Assembly (NCBI GenBank): GCA_034660035.1
Contig: JAYEIJ010000062.1
Coordinates: forward strand, 11,522-75,521
Source: Actinomycetota bacterium
GTDB taxonomy: Bacteria > Actinomycetota > Acidimicrobiia > Spongiisociales > UBA5794
Length of the DNA: 64,000 nt
Direction: 5' to 3'
Shown: positions 18,214-27,612 of the stretch, one piece after another
Position numbering within the stretch: position 1 is the first letter of the stretch
How the letters are laid out: every line of letters begins with the position of its first letter
The notes under the pieces: model-generated
The model's database searches: none
Told to the model about the DNA's origin: nothing
What the model saw: only the letters and a program-made list of their open reading frames with translations
Program-made: the position numbers and the translations under genes

Positions 18214-19398
18214 TCAGTTGAACGCAGGGATACCTGTGATGGCTTGGCCGAGCACGAGCGTGTGGACCTCGTTGGTCCCCTCGTAGGTGATCACCGATTC
18301 GAGATTGTTCATGTGCCGGATGACGGGGTATTCGAGCGTGATCCCGTTGGCGCCGAGGATGCTCCGGGCTTCACGAGCCACCTCGAGTCCGGATCGAACG
18401 TTCTCCATCTTCCCGAAGCTGATCTGTTCCGACGTGAGCGTTCCGTCGTCGTGCTTGCGTCCCAAATGGACCGAGAGGAGCATCGACTGATTCACCTTCA
18501 CCATCATCTCCGTGAGTTTGCGCTGCGTGAGTTGGAACGAGGCGATCGGGCGTCCGAACTGGATCCGGTCCTTCGCATAGGCCAACGCCGTTTCGTAGCT
18601 CGCACGGCCGGCGCCCACAGCACCGAAGAGGATCCCGAAGCGGGCCTCGTTGAGACATGCCAACGGCCCTTTGAGTCCGACGACGTCGGGGAGCACCGCG
18701 TCTTCGGGTAGTCGAACGCTGTCGAGGACGAGTTCCGACGTGATCGACGCACGAAGAGACAGCTTGTGGTGGATGTTGTTCGCCGAGAACCCCTGCGTGT
18801 CGGTGGGAACGATGAATCCACGAATGCCCTCATCTGTCTGGGCCCACACGACGGCCACGTCGGCGATACCCCCGTTCGTGATCCACATCTTCGTGCCATC
18901 GAGGATCCAGTCCGAACCGTCACGGCGGGCCCGGGTCTTCATCGAACTTGGGTCTGAGCCGGCATCGGCCTCGGTGAGTCCGAAACAGCCGACGATGTCC
19001 CCGGCGGCCATGCCGGGGAGCCATCGCTGTTTCTGTTCCTCTGAACCGAACGCCCAGATCGGGTACATCGCAAGCGATCCCTGTACGGACACGAAGCTGC
19101 GGATGCCCGAGTCTCCGGCCTCGAGTTCAGTGCAAGCCAGGCCGTAGCTGACGGCGTTCGTTCCGGCGCAGCCGTATCCATCGAGGTGCATGCCGAAGAG
19201 TCCGAGCGCACCCATCTCCTTGGCGAGTTCCTTGGGAAGCGTCCCTTCTTCGAACCAGTCGGCTACGTAAGGGAGGACCCGGTCGCCGACGAACTCCCGG
19301 ACGGTGTCACGAATGAGGCGCTCTTCGTCGTCGAGGAGTGCGTCGATCTGGAGGAAGTCGTGCGGGGTTTCGCCCCCGGGGCGGATCATGGAGCTCAT
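18214..19398 (-). CDS. acyl-CoA dehydrogenase (glutaryl-CoA dehydrogenase-like)
   Basis: ORF 18214..19554, trimmed to ATG 19398 (MSSMIRPGGETPHDF...). ACAD fold motifs. C-terminal YEGTNEVH. Confidence 0.8.
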   Translation of the reverse strand: MSSMIRPGGETPHDFLQIDALLDDEERLIRDTVREFVGDRVLPYVADWFEEGTLPKELAKEMGALGLFGMHLDGYGCAGTNAVSYGLACTELEAGDSGIRSFVSVQGSLAMYPIWAFGSEEQKQRWLPGMAAGDIVGCFGLTEADAGSDPSSMKTRARRDGSDWILDGTKMWITNGGIADVAVVWAQTDEGIRGFIVPTDTQGFSANNIHHKLSLRASITSELVLDSVRLPEDAVLPDVVGLKGPLACLNEARFGILFGAVGAGRASYETALAYAKDRIQFGRPIASFQLTQRKLTEMMVKVNQSMLLSVHLGRKHDDGTLTSEQISFGKMENVRSGLEVAREARSILGANGITLEYPVIRHMNNLESVITYEGTNEVHTLVLGQAITGIPAFN

Positions 19399-19408
19399 GA
19401 CCCTCAGC

Positions 19409-20281
19409 CTACAGGCCGGGGGCCTCCGGTCGGCTGTCTGGATCGCCCCACCAGAGCGTGCGCTGGGGGAAGGCGATGACGATGCCTTCTCGAGCGAAGG
19501 CCCGAGCCACGGTCCTTGCGACACCATCCACAGCCCGATACTGATCGAGCACAAGAGGATCGTGCCAGAACAGCAGTCGGAACTCTACGGCGTGATCCCC
19601 GAACTCCGCGACGAGCGCTTCCGGCGCAGGTTCGGCATGCGCCAGCTTGCAGGCTTCAGTAGCCTCTTCGAGGACCTGTTTCGCGTGATCCAGGTCGGTG
19701 CCGTATGCCACGCCGACATTGAGCGTCGATCGGCGACTGCCCAGGTCCGTCAGATTGACGACGGGGTTGTCGATCACCATCTTGTTGGGGATGTGGACGT
19801 TCTCGCCGTCGATCGTCTCGATGACGACGGTTCTTCCCGTGATCTCGAGGACGGTACCGGTTCCACTCTCGGTCACGATCTGGTCCCCTGCTGCGAACAT
19901 CGGTGCGCTCTGGAGGACGAGCCCGGAGGAGAAGTTGTCCATCAACCTGCGGCCGGCGAAGAACACCACCACGCCGATCACGAGGATGAGCAACAGAGCA
20001 GGTCCGATGTCGATGCCGAGAAGCACGATGGCGTAGATGATCCCGACGAGTATGACGACCCAACCGGAGGCTCTCGCTATCAGGGAGGCTACCTCCTCGG
20101 ACAGATGAGGGAAACGAAGGAGAGCCTTCCGCAGCACGTGCCGCAGCAGTCGGGCGAGGATGAGCGACACGACGACCACCAGGCCGGCCCAGACGAAGTC
20201 CCAGGCCGTCATCTGGTCGGCATTGACGAGATCCTCCAGTTGCTCGGTGCTCGGAATCGGTACCTGGGTCCAGATCCTCAT
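19409..20281 (-). CDS. mechanosensitive ion channel MscS family protein
   Basis: ORF 19409..20368, trimmed to ATG 20281 (MRIWTQ...). Three TM helices followed by an MscS beta-domain (VIDNPVVNLT...). Confidence 0.75.
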   Translation of the reverse strand: MRIWTQVPIPSTEQLEDLVNADQMTAWDFVWAGLVVVVSLILARLLRHVLRKALLRFPHLSEEVASLIARASGWVVILVGIIYAIVLLGIDIGPALLLILVIGVVVFFAGRRLMDNFSSGLVLQSAPMFAAGDQIVTESGTGTVLEITGRTVVIETIDGENVHIPNKMVIDNPVVNLTDLGSRRSTLNVGVAYGTDLDHAKQVLEEATEACKLAHAEPAPEALVAEFGDHAVEFRLLFWHDPLVLDQYRAVDGVARTVARAFAREGIVIAFPQRTLWWGDPDSRPEAPGL

Positions 20282-20928
20282 GTGCGAACCCCTGCGAACA
20301 ACCGCTCCTGGCCACCGGGCGCCGTCCGGCGAACTCCCGACCACGGCAGATCGTCGATGAACGACCAACTCGTCCGATGGATCACGGTCGGCCCGGATGC
20401 GGAGAGAGCAGCGCGGTGGCGGGGGCAGGGGTAGCCCTTGTTCCGATCGAAGTCGAACCCGGGGAAAGATGGCGCCATCGTTCGCATCAGCCGATCACGT
20501 GTCACCTTCGCCAGGATGGATGCTGCAGCGATCGTCAGCGATGTGGCATCTCCGCCCACGATCGTTCTCGTGTTGCCGGTGTCGACGAAGTCCCAGCGGC
20601 CATCGACGAGGACCCGGTCCGGTTCAACACCCAAGCCCCCGAGCGCTCGCCTGGCAGCGAGTCGCTGAGCAGCGGACATGCCGAGTCGATCGCATTCCTC
20701 GGGGGAAGCATGGCCGATGCTCCACGCCGCGCACCAGTTCGCGACGCGCGCGAAAAGGCCTTCGCGTTCGCGTTCGTTGAGCATCTTTGAATCGCGGATC
20801 TTGTAGATGCGCTTCCCGGTCGGAACGACCGCGGCTGCCACCGTGAGGGGTCCGGCCCATGATCCTCGCCCAACCTCATCCACCCCGGCGACGATGCGGT
20901 CTCCGTCGGCCCACAGTTCACGCTCCAC
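20278..20928 (-). CDS. rnhB: ribonuclease HII
   Basis: IVAGVDEVGRGSWAGPLTVAAAVV catalytic N-terminus. The track ORF extends to 21096 but would overlap yqgE by 78 nt, so GTG 20928 is proposed. Start is uncertain. Confidence 0.7.
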   Translation of the reverse strand: MERELWADGDRIVAGVDEVGRGSWAGPLTVAAAVVPTGKRIYKIRDSKMLNEREREGLFARVANWCAAWSIGHASPEECDRLGMSAAQRLAARRALGGLGVEPDRVLVDGRWDFVDTGNTRTIVGGDATSLTIAAASILAKVTRDRLMRTMAPSFPGFDFDRNKGYPCPRHRAALSASGPTVIHRTSWSFIDDLPWSGVRRTAPGGQERLFAGVRT

Positions 20929-21017
20929 GGCAAGGCCGGGTGCCTTTGAGCGAATCGATGGGCGCAGTCGGGTGGAACTCACGAGACGAGGATACCCCCT
21001 TCGGCCCCCAGGACCGC

Positions 21018-21569
21018 TCAGTTGTTCCTTGGGTCGATCGGGTAGTTGGCGTACCGGGCGATGTGCGCCTCCTGCCTCAGCAAAACCCGTCGCCACAAGG
21101 TCGTCGGAACCGGATCGAATACGTCATCGACCGATCCTTCAACCGGGAACCACGATCCGATGCCCAGTTCCATCTCCAGTTGGCCTGCGCCCCATCCCGC
21201 GTATCCCGAGAAGACTCGCATCTCCTCGAGACCGTCGACATCGTCCGGATCACGGGAGACGTCCACGAACCCTACGAAGTCGGGGGTCGGCTGCCAGATG
21301 TCGTCTGCAGCGATTCCCGGCCGATGCGCCACACCGATCGCCGTCTCCGGTTGGACGGGACCACCCTCGAAGACCCGGGCGGGAGGAGCCAGACGATCGC
21401 ACCAGGCGGGCAGATGGTCTCTGACCTCCAGGTCCAGCGGCCGGTCGAGCACGACGCCCACAGCCCCGTTCTGGTCGTAGTCGACGAGCAAGACGACCGA
21501 TCGGAAGAAGTTGGGATCAGCGAGAACGGGCGAAGCCACGAGAAGCATGCCGCGACGGAGTTCGGCCAT
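21018..21569 (-). CDS. YqgE/AlgH family protein (UPF0301)
   Basis: 183 aa. LLVASPVLADPNFFRSVVLLVDYDQNGAVGVVLDRP signature of the DUF179/YqgE family. Confidence 0.8.
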   Translation of the reverse strand: MAELRRGMLLVASPVLADPNFFRSVVLLVDYDQNGAVGVVLDRPLDLEVRDHLPAWCDRLAPPARVFEGGPVQPETAIGVAHRPGIAADDIWQPTPDFVGFVDVSRDPDDVDGLEEMRVFSGYAGWGAGQLEMELGIGSWFPVEGSVDDVFDPVPTTLWRRVLLRQEAHIARYANYPIDPRNN

Positions 21570-21623
21570 GTCCGTAGGTTGGCAGGTTCGAGCGACGATT
21601 GCCGCTCTGCCGTGGCCTGATCG

Positions 21624-21803
21624 TCAGTGCGGAGCAGGGTCCCTGTCGGGGATGAGCGCTCCACCGGACAGAATCGAGATATGGCCGTCGTTCCACCGAA
21701 CTTCGACGGTTCCGGCCTCCACCCGTTGGATGACCCCTCGCCGCGGCTCCCGCCCGACGACCTTGGTGAGGGTCTTGACTCGCTGGCCCTTGTGCAGACT
21801 CAT
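21624..21803 (-). CDS. DUF1918-family small protein (59 aa)
   Basis: Not in the ORF track (<60 aa). MSLHKGQRVKTLTKVVGREPRRGVIQRVEAGTVEVRWNDGHISILSGGALIPDRDPAPH. GGAGGA RBS 6 nt upstream. The VRWxDGHxSxxxPG motif is typical of DUF1918. Confidence 0.5.
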   Translation of the reverse strand: MSLHKGQRVKTLTKVVGREPRRGVIQRVEAGTVEVRWNDGHISILSGGALIPDRDPAPH

Positions 21804-21936
21804 CGCAATGATCCTCCGTCGACTCTTGTCTCGATCTTACGTGATATCGGCTTCCCACGGGAGGGCCATTCGCCTCTCCTGCGGACGATTCGAGACCACC
21901 GTTCCGGGCCGCTATCGTCGGAGCCAGGAGGTGCCC

Positions 21937-22560
21937 ATGGAACTCTGGAGCAACGACTTCTCTGAAGGTGAGCCGATCCCCGGTGAGTTCGCCTTCTGTC
22001 TGCCTCATGCAGAACAGCACGCGACCTTCGGGTTGAACCGCAATCCACATCTGGCGTGGTCCGGCCTGCCCGAGGGGACTCGCAGTCTTGCGGTCATCTG
22101 TCACGACCGGCACGCGCCGACGAAACCCGACGACGTCAACGTCGAGAGCAGGGAGATCCCTGAAGATCTGCCGCGGGCGGACTTCTTCCACTGGCTGCTC
22201 TTGGGTCTCTCACCCGAGATCACGGAGATCGGTACCGCAGCGTGTTCGGACGGTGTCACAGAACGCGGCAAGGGCAGCGAGTCTCCGTTCGGTTGCCGAC
22301 AGGGTATCAACGACTACACCGGCTGGTTCGCCGGAGATTCGGACATGGAGGGTGACTACTACGGGTACGACGGGCCCTGCCCACCCTGGAACGACAGCCT
22401 GGTGCATCACTACCTGTTCACCCTCTTCGCTCTCGATACAGAGTCATTCGAACTCCCCGATCGGTTCGGAGGCGCGGACGCCCGTGCAGCGATCGAGGGC
22501 CATGTCCTCGCATCTGCCGTCATCACCGGCACGTACACGCTGAATCCGCGGCTGTCCTGA
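21937..22560 (+). CDS. YbhB/YbcL-family phosphatidylethanolamine-binding (PEBP/Raf-kinase-inhibitor-like) protein
   Basis: ORF 21511.., ATG 21937 (MELWSNDFSEGEPIP...). AGGAGG RBS. PEBP motifs (HHYLFTLFALD, GYDGPCPP). Confidence 0.7.
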   Translation: MELWSNDFSEGEPIPGEFAFCLPHAEQHATFGLNRNPHLAWSGLPEGTRSLAVICHDRHAPTKPDDVNVESREIPEDLPRADFFHWLLLGLSPEITEIGTAACSDGVTERGKGSESPFGCRQGINDYTGWFAGDSDMEGDYYGYDGPCPPWNDSLVHHYLFTLFALDTESFELPDRFGGADARAAIEGHVLASAVITGTYTLNPRLS

Positions 22561-22608
22561 ACGCGAGTCGTCGCTCGGTTGTTCGATTCTTGGTGTAGGT
22601 TCGTTGGT

Positions 22609-23100
22609 ATGAACGTACGGCTCGCTCAGCATGATGATCTTGCGGCGATTGAGGAACTCACTCGCTGGGCTTGCTCGGAGGCGATCGGAGAGATGGTGCC
22701 CGAAACCGTCGTCGACACCGAGATCCGTCGCCGGTTCCGCAAGTCGATCCTCTCGGAACACCTCCTGGCCCGGCGGCTTCTCGTCGGTGCCGACTCCGCC
22801 GGACAACTCGAACTCGCCGTCATGATCAACGACAGGTCGGACCACCTTGAGCTCGTCGGGGTCGTCGTTCCGATTCACCCCGGCGGAGCCGTCGACGGAC
22901 GTTCCCTCGTGGATTCCCTCCGCTTGATGGGATGGGTCGGTCCGATCTCATCGAGCGTCGCTCTCGGTCACACCGTCCAGGAACGCTTCCACGAAGCAGC
23001 GGGGTTCACGCCGGGCGAGATCACCATGGATCGAGTCGCCGGGCACGAGGTATTCAGACGCGAGTGGTGGCTCGACCCTGTTCTCTCAGCCGCCGGGTAG
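22609..23100 (+). CDS. hypothetical protein (possible acyl-CoA N-acyltransferase fold)
   Basis: ORF 22579.., ATG 22609 (MNVRLAQHDDLAAIEEL...). No firm motif. Weak GNAT-like layout. Confidence 0.3.
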   Translation: MNVRLAQHDDLAAIEELTRWACSEAIGEMVPETVVDTEIRRRFRKSILSEHLLARRLLVGADSAGQLELAVMINDRSDHLELVGVVVPIHPGGAVDGRSLVDSLRLMGWVGPISSSVALGHTVQERFHEAAGFTPGEITMDRVAGHEVFRREWWLDPVLSAAG

Positions 23101-23110
23101 TCTGCGCGGC

Positions 23111-24187
23111 ATGGATTATCGAGCCCTTCCCAAAGCCCTCTTACATGATCATCTCGATGGCGGCGTACGCGTCGAGACCATCCTCGAGTTGGCAGAAGCT
23201 CAGGGATACACGGACCTACCGGCCAGCGACGTCGACGGCCTCGGTGAGTGGTTCGATCAGGGTCGATCCGGCTCCTTGGAGCGCTATCTCGAAGCGTTCA
23301 CACACACGGTCGCGGTGATGAGCAGTGAAGATTCCATTCAACGGATCGCGTATGAAACCGGTATCGACCTCGCGGGCGATGGAGTCGTATATGCCGAGAT
23401 TCGCTTTGGGCCCAGCCTGCACATGATCCACGGTTTGACCCGGGAAGCCGCTATCGAAGCCGTTCTCGACGGTTTCGCAGCTGCGAGCCGCGAGACCGGG
23501 ATCGTGATGTATGCCATCGCATCGGCGCTGCGCCACGAGACCGACTCCGAAGAGGTCGCCCGCGCAGCGATCCCTTATCTCGATCAGGGTCTCGTCGCTT
23601 TCGACCTCGCCGGTCCCGAAGCGGGGTTCCCCGCCGATGATCACCTGGCTGCTTGCAGGCTCGTCCGTGATGCCGGGCTCGGTCTCACGATCCACGCGGG
23701 AGAAGCCGACACGGCGTCTTCGATCTGGAAGGCGGTCGCGAGATGTGGGGCAACGAGAATCGGTCACGGTGTTCGTATCGCTGATGAGACCGACTTCGAC
23801 GGACGCACGATCACTTCCCTTGCTCCACTGGCACGCAGGATCCGCGACCATCGCATCCCGCTCGAAGTAGCGATCACATCCAACCTCGATACGTCGGCGT
23901 TCCCATCGGTCGCGACGCATCCGTTTGGAGCGCTCTACAGGGCCGGATTCACGGTCACGCTCAACACCGACAATCGCCTCATGAGCCGGGTCGACCTCTC
24001 GGACGAGTACGAACTCGCCGCGAACGCGTTCGGTCTCACGCCGGCAGACTTCGAGCAGATCACAGTCAACGCGCTCGAAGCGGGCTTCGGCGATTGGCCC
24101 GAGCGCCGACGCCTGATCGACGAGGTCGTTCGTCCCGCCTACGCCAGCGTCGCGTCGAGCCAGGTAGCGATCTCGGAGAGCACCTGA
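23111..24187 (+). CDS. add: adenosine deaminase
   Basis: 358 aa. LLHDHLDGG N-terminal metal motif, SLERYLEAF, HAGE, and TLNTDN C-terminal motif. Confidence 0.9.
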   Translation: MDYRALPKALLHDHLDGGVRVETILELAEAQGYTDLPASDVDGLGEWFDQGRSGSLERYLEAFTHTVAVMSSEDSIQRIAYETGIDLAGDGVVYAEIRFGPSLHMIHGLTREAAIEAVLDGFAAASRETGIVMYAIASALRHETDSEEVARAAIPYLDQGLVAFDLAGPEAGFPADDHLAACRLVRDAGLGLTIHAGEADTASSIWKAVARCGATRIGHGVRIADETDFDGRTITSLAPLARRIRDHRIPLEVAITSNLDTSAFPSVATHPFGALYRAGFTVTLNTDNRLMSRVDLSDEYELAANAFGLTPADFEQITVNALEAGFGDWPERRRLIDEVVRPAYASVASSQVAISEST

Positions 24188-24957
24188 ACTTGCTCGGGTT
24201 CGTTGTGCAACTCGTGTCGGAGCCCCGGGTAGACCTTGCGGTCAACCGAATCTGCCGCGGCGAGTGGAGCGGATGCCGAGGGTGGAACCAGCGTGTCCTC
24301 GCCGCCGTGGACCACCAACGTGGGCGTGTCGATATGACCGATCAACTCGGTTGACCGATCCTGTGCATTGAAGATCTCCAGACCGAGTCGCGTCGTCGTC
24401 TTCGTCTGCACGAGGGGGTCGGCGAAGTAAGCCTCCCCGACCGCTGCGTCGCGGGAGAGTTGATCACCATCGAATGGGTTACCCAACGCCATCTTCGGAG
24501 CGATCCTCCCGAGCACCTGGGCAGCCACTCGCAACGCACCGGGTACTTCCGCCTCGAGGGCCGGTGCCGATAGGACGGCCGCGTCCGGATGTGGACGATC
24601 CTCAGCCAGATAGAACGCCTCGATCAAACCGCCAAGCGAGTGCGAGTAGAGAACCCACGGAAGATCGGTACGCACGAGACCGGACTCCACAACGCCCTGA
24701 ACGTCATCGACGAATTCGTCGAAGGACCCGGCATACGCTCGAGTTCCCTCCGATTCCCCGTGCCCCCTGAGGTCGAACGCAGCGACCGCGTAACCTCGAT
24801 CGGCGAAGAACCGCGCGACGTGATCCCAGCGCCCGGAGTGCTCTCCGATACCGTGCACGATGAGCAGACCGCGTTGTGGCTCGTCGTCCGGCACCCATGT
24901 CCTTGTGAGCAAGGCAAGACCGTCCTGGGTCGTGTAGGTCCCGGTGGTCTCGCTCAT
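24139..24957 (-). CDS. alpha/beta hydrolase (lysophospholipase/monoacylglycerol-lipase-like)
   Basis: 272 aa. HGIGEHSGRW and GHSLGG nucleophile elbow. His near the C-terminus. Confidence 0.8.
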   Translation of the reverse strand: MSETTGTYTTQDGLALLTRTWVPDDEPQRGLLIVHGIGEHSGRWDHVARFFADRGYAVAAFDLRGHGESEGTRAYAGSFDEFVDDVQGVVESGLVRTDLPWVLYSHSLGGLIEAFYLAEDRPHPDAAVLSAPALEAEVPGALRVAAQVLGRIAPKMALGNPFDGDQLSRDAAVGEAYFADPLVQTKTTTRLGLEIFNAQDRSTELIGHIDTPTLVVHGGEDTLVPPSASAPLAAADSVDRKVYPGLRHELHNEPEQVQVLSEIATWLDATLA

Positions 24958-25697
24958 CTCTCACTCCTAATCGATGCTGCGAATGCAGCGCCCACGATAC
25001 CGGCTTGGTTTCTGAGAACGGCGGGCACGATGCGTGCCTGTGCTGTGAAGTGGTGCGAGTAGGTCTCGAACCGCTTCGAGATCCCACCGCCGAAGACGAA
25101 GAGATCAGGCCAGAAGAGCTCTTCAACGTACGCAAGGAACTCATCGACTCTGGATGCCCACCAGTTGATCTTGAGTTCGCCACGCTTGACAAGACGCCCC
25201 GCGGCATAGTTCTCCGCCTTCTGGCCGTGGAAGATCAGGTGCCCGAGTTCAGTGTTGGGGACGAGACGTCCATCGTGGAGATAGGCGCTACCGATTCCGG
25301 TACCGAACGTCAGGAGGATCACGACACCGTCGACGCCCGCAGCCGCTCCGTACTTCGCTTCAGCAAGCCCAGCGGCGTCGGCATCGTTGAGGACCGTGAC
25401 CGGCATTCCGAGACGATGACTGAGCATCGCGGCCGCATCGATTCCGATCCATCCATCGTCGATGTTCGCCGCCGTTTCGATGACTCCGGCACGCACGACT
25501 CCGGGGATCGTGATGCCGACCGGTCCGTTCCATTCACTGGTGTGGACGATCTCGACGATCGCGTTCGTGACGGCGTCCGGTGTGGAGGGCTGGGGAGTCG
25601 GGATCCTCAAGCGCTCCCCTGCAAGAGCTCCGGTCTCAAGATCCACCGGGGCGCCTTTGACTCCCGATCCACCGACGTCGACACCGAATACCCGCAC
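24954..25697 (-). CDS. ppgK: polyphosphate glucokinase (ROK family)
   Basis: 247 aa. FGVDVGGSGVKGA N-terminal ATPase motif and GTGIGSA. Typical ppgK size. Confidence 0.8.
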   Translation of the reverse strand: MRVFGVDVGGSGVKGAPVDLETGALAGERLRIPTPQPSTPDAVTNAIVEIVHTSEWNGPVGITIPGVVRAGVIETAANIDDGWIGIDAAAMLSHRLGMPVTVLNDADAAGLAEAKYGAAAGVDGVVILLTFGTGIGSAYLHDGRLVPNTELGHLIFHGQKAENYAAGRLVKRGELKINWWASRVDEFLAYVEELFWPDLFVFGGGISKRFETYSHHFTAQARIVPAVLRNQAGIVGAAFAASIRSER

Positions 25698-25699
25698 GC

Positions 25700-26287
25700 C
25701 TACGCCTCCTCCATGATGAACCGTTCCAGGTCGGCAGCATATCGGGCGAGGCCGGATCGAACCGCATCCAGCGGTGGCTCGATCCTGACTCCACCCGGAT
25801 ACTCTGGGAAGTCACTCCCCAGAGTCGTCACGCCGGCAAGCGCCAGGACACGATCTCCGGGTGAGTGAGGAAGGAGCACAACGATCACGGGGCTCTGGGA
25901 GCGGATCACCACCTCAACTCCCCGCACCTGCCGAAGGCGCTTGGAAAGGCGACGCGTCTGTCGCAGTGCCTCTTCAGCGACAGCCCGGGGCACGGATTCC
26001 TCGATAGCGATGACGGTTGCATTTGAGGGCACCGGACGAAGACTCGACCATGCACCCGTGAACACGATCGTTCGGTTGGCCCCGAGCCGATCGAAGACAC
26101 CGAGGTAGTTCGGGTACCCCACGACGACCGTCTCGACGCACGCGTCGGGCACGATCGTTCGGCCTCGCACACACGGCAGTTCTCGGGATCCTGGCTCCGC
26201 GAGAAGTCGCCTTCTCAGCTCCGGATCCAGAGCCCGCGAGATCGCCCTTCCATCCACGGAGGCCTCGATGACGCATTCGACGGTCAC
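25700..26287 (-). CDS. hypothetical protein
   Basis: 195 aa. Coding-like composition. 4-nt overlap with ppgK suggests co-transcription. No recognised motif. Confidence 0.4.
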   Translation of the reverse strand: MTVECVIEASVDGRAISRALDPELRRRLLAEPGSRELPCVRGRTIVPDACVETVVVGYPNYLGVFDRLGANRTIVFTGAWSSLRPVPSNATVIAIEESVPRAVAEEALRQTRRLSKRLRQVRGVEVVIRSQSPVIVVLLPHSPGDRVLALAGVTTLGSDFPEYPGGVRIEPPLDAVRSGLARYAADLERFIMEEA

Positions 26288-26363
26288 CGTTCCAGGCTAC
26301 TCCCAAGCGTCGTGCCTATAGACGGCACACCAGTGCGCTGCCGGCTCCCGGGTGGGATGGCGG

Positions 26364-26726
26364 CTAGACCGCGTCGGATGCAGAGGAGAGATTGGTCACG
26401 GCGGGTGGGCCGGGAATCCGGGTGGGTGCCTTTGGAAGTTCGACGTCCTCCGGCTCTTCCAGACCGTACTTCACCAGCAGGTGGTGGAAGTCCCGTTGAT
26501 AGAAGATCTTGCACTGGACGTCCGGATACAACTCCCTCAGGCGCCGGATCTTGCCGTTCTTCTTGGTGACGAGCTTCTGATTCATCGTCGTTATCTCGAT
26601 GAACAGATCATCGTCGGGCAGGTAGAAATCCGGACGGAACTGCTTGGTGGCCGATCCTGATTCATCCCACTCGATGACGAACGCCCTCGGCTCATACTCC
26701 CATGGGACGTCGTAGAAGTCGAGCAA
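26364..26726 (-). CDS. hypothetical small protein, possible PD-(D/E)xK / Vsr-DUF559-like nuclease fold
   Basis: 120 aa. FRPDFYLPDDDLFIEIT...K...IRRLRELYPDVQCKIFY resembles the DUF559/Vsr-like layout (FRVDF..P..LVVEVDG...R..L...GW.VLRF). Call is weak. Confidence 0.3.
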   Translation of the reverse strand: MLDFYDVPWEYEPRAFVIEWDESGSATKQFRPDFYLPDDDLFIEITTMNQKLVTKKNGKIRRLRELYPDVQCKIFYQRDFHHLLVKYGLEEPEDVELPKAPTRIPGPPAVTNLSSASDAV

Positions 26727-26797
26727 TCGCGCGAACTCCCCCTCGCTGGAGTGGGCGAACGCGACCCTGTCGGCCGGCCCCGCGAGAAGATCGTCGA

Positions 26798-27295
26798 TCA
26801 GTGAGCCGCTGCCGTCGATGCCTTCACCTCGCGCTCGCCCGGGGTCGCCCGGTCAGGGAACAGACGGTGGATCTCACCTACAAGCTCTTCTTGCACAGGT
26901 CCAACAGCGATCCCGAAGACACCCTGGCCACCGCGGAAAACGTCGACGACTTCGGACGGGCTGTGCGCCGCGTAGATCGTCTTACCATCGGAGAGCAGCG
27001 TGACATTGGACAGCGGACTCTCAGACTCCAGTTCCGCTCTCAGGATGTCCATCGCTCTGCGGATCTTCTTCAGCGACATGCCGGCATCGAGGAGGCGTTT
27101 CACCACCTTGAGCTGCACGATATCGGGGAAAGCGTAGAGCCGCTGGCTCCCCGACCCCGTCGCTTGCTGGAGCGACGGCGTGATGAGCCCGGTGCGGGCC
27201 CAGTAGTCGAGCTGACGATATGTGATGCCGACCAGATTGCACACCTGAGGGGCCCGATACCCATCGATGGCCTGATCGATCCTGCTATCCACCAT
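26798..27295 (-). CDS. MerR family transcriptional regulator
   Basis: ORF 26798..27319, trimmed to ATG 27295 (MVDSRIDQAIDGYRAPQVCNLVGITYRQLDYWARTGL). GGGAGG RBS. HTH of MerR type. Position matches the second MerR of the conserved actinobacterial garA locus. Confidence 0.75.
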   Translation of the reverse strand: MVDSRIDQAIDGYRAPQVCNLVGITYRQLDYWARTGLITPSLQQATGSGSQRLYAFPDIVQLKVVKRLLDAGMSLKKIRRAMDILRAELESESPLSNVTLLSDGKTIYAAHSPSEVVDVFRGGQGVFGIAVGPVQEELVGEIHRLFPDRATPGEREVKASTAAAH

Positions 27296-27435
27296 TTCCG
27301 TGTGCCTCCCAGTTCGCACAGCTTACATCAACGTAATTCCGCCAGCTGAACTACGGCGGTGAAACTAGGACAGGACGACACGCGTTGTCAACAACCTTTG
27401 TGGATAAGTCGCACTTCGGGAAAGCAGGGTCGGCT

Positions 27436-27596
27436 GGAACCGGGGAGACTACGGGCAGTAGTACGTCCTCCCAGTCGTAGTACGTATGACGTAGTACGTA
27501 CTACGAAGACGCGCGGACGGGGCAAAGCGGCGAGTGGTTCTGTTCCCCCCTCAGCCAGGGTCCACGGTTTCTCCGAGTCGTACTACGTTCACGCCG
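27436..27596 (-). repeat. structured intergenic repeat element, copy B (inverted relative to copy A)
   Basis: Contains the perfect 14-bp palindrome GTAGTACGTACTAC (27491-27504) and several GTAGTACG units. Its reverse complement shares ACGTAGTACGACTCGGAG and ...GTACTACTxCCCG...TCCCCGGTTC with copy A. Confidence 0.6.
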
Positions 27597-27612
27597 AATG
27601 CGCTCCGTTGTG

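Noticed and set aside
20929-21096. Upstream 56 codons of the rnhB track ORF
   Set aside because: Would overlap the yqgE coding end by 78 nt. The RNase HII catalytic motif begins right after the proposed GTG at 20928.
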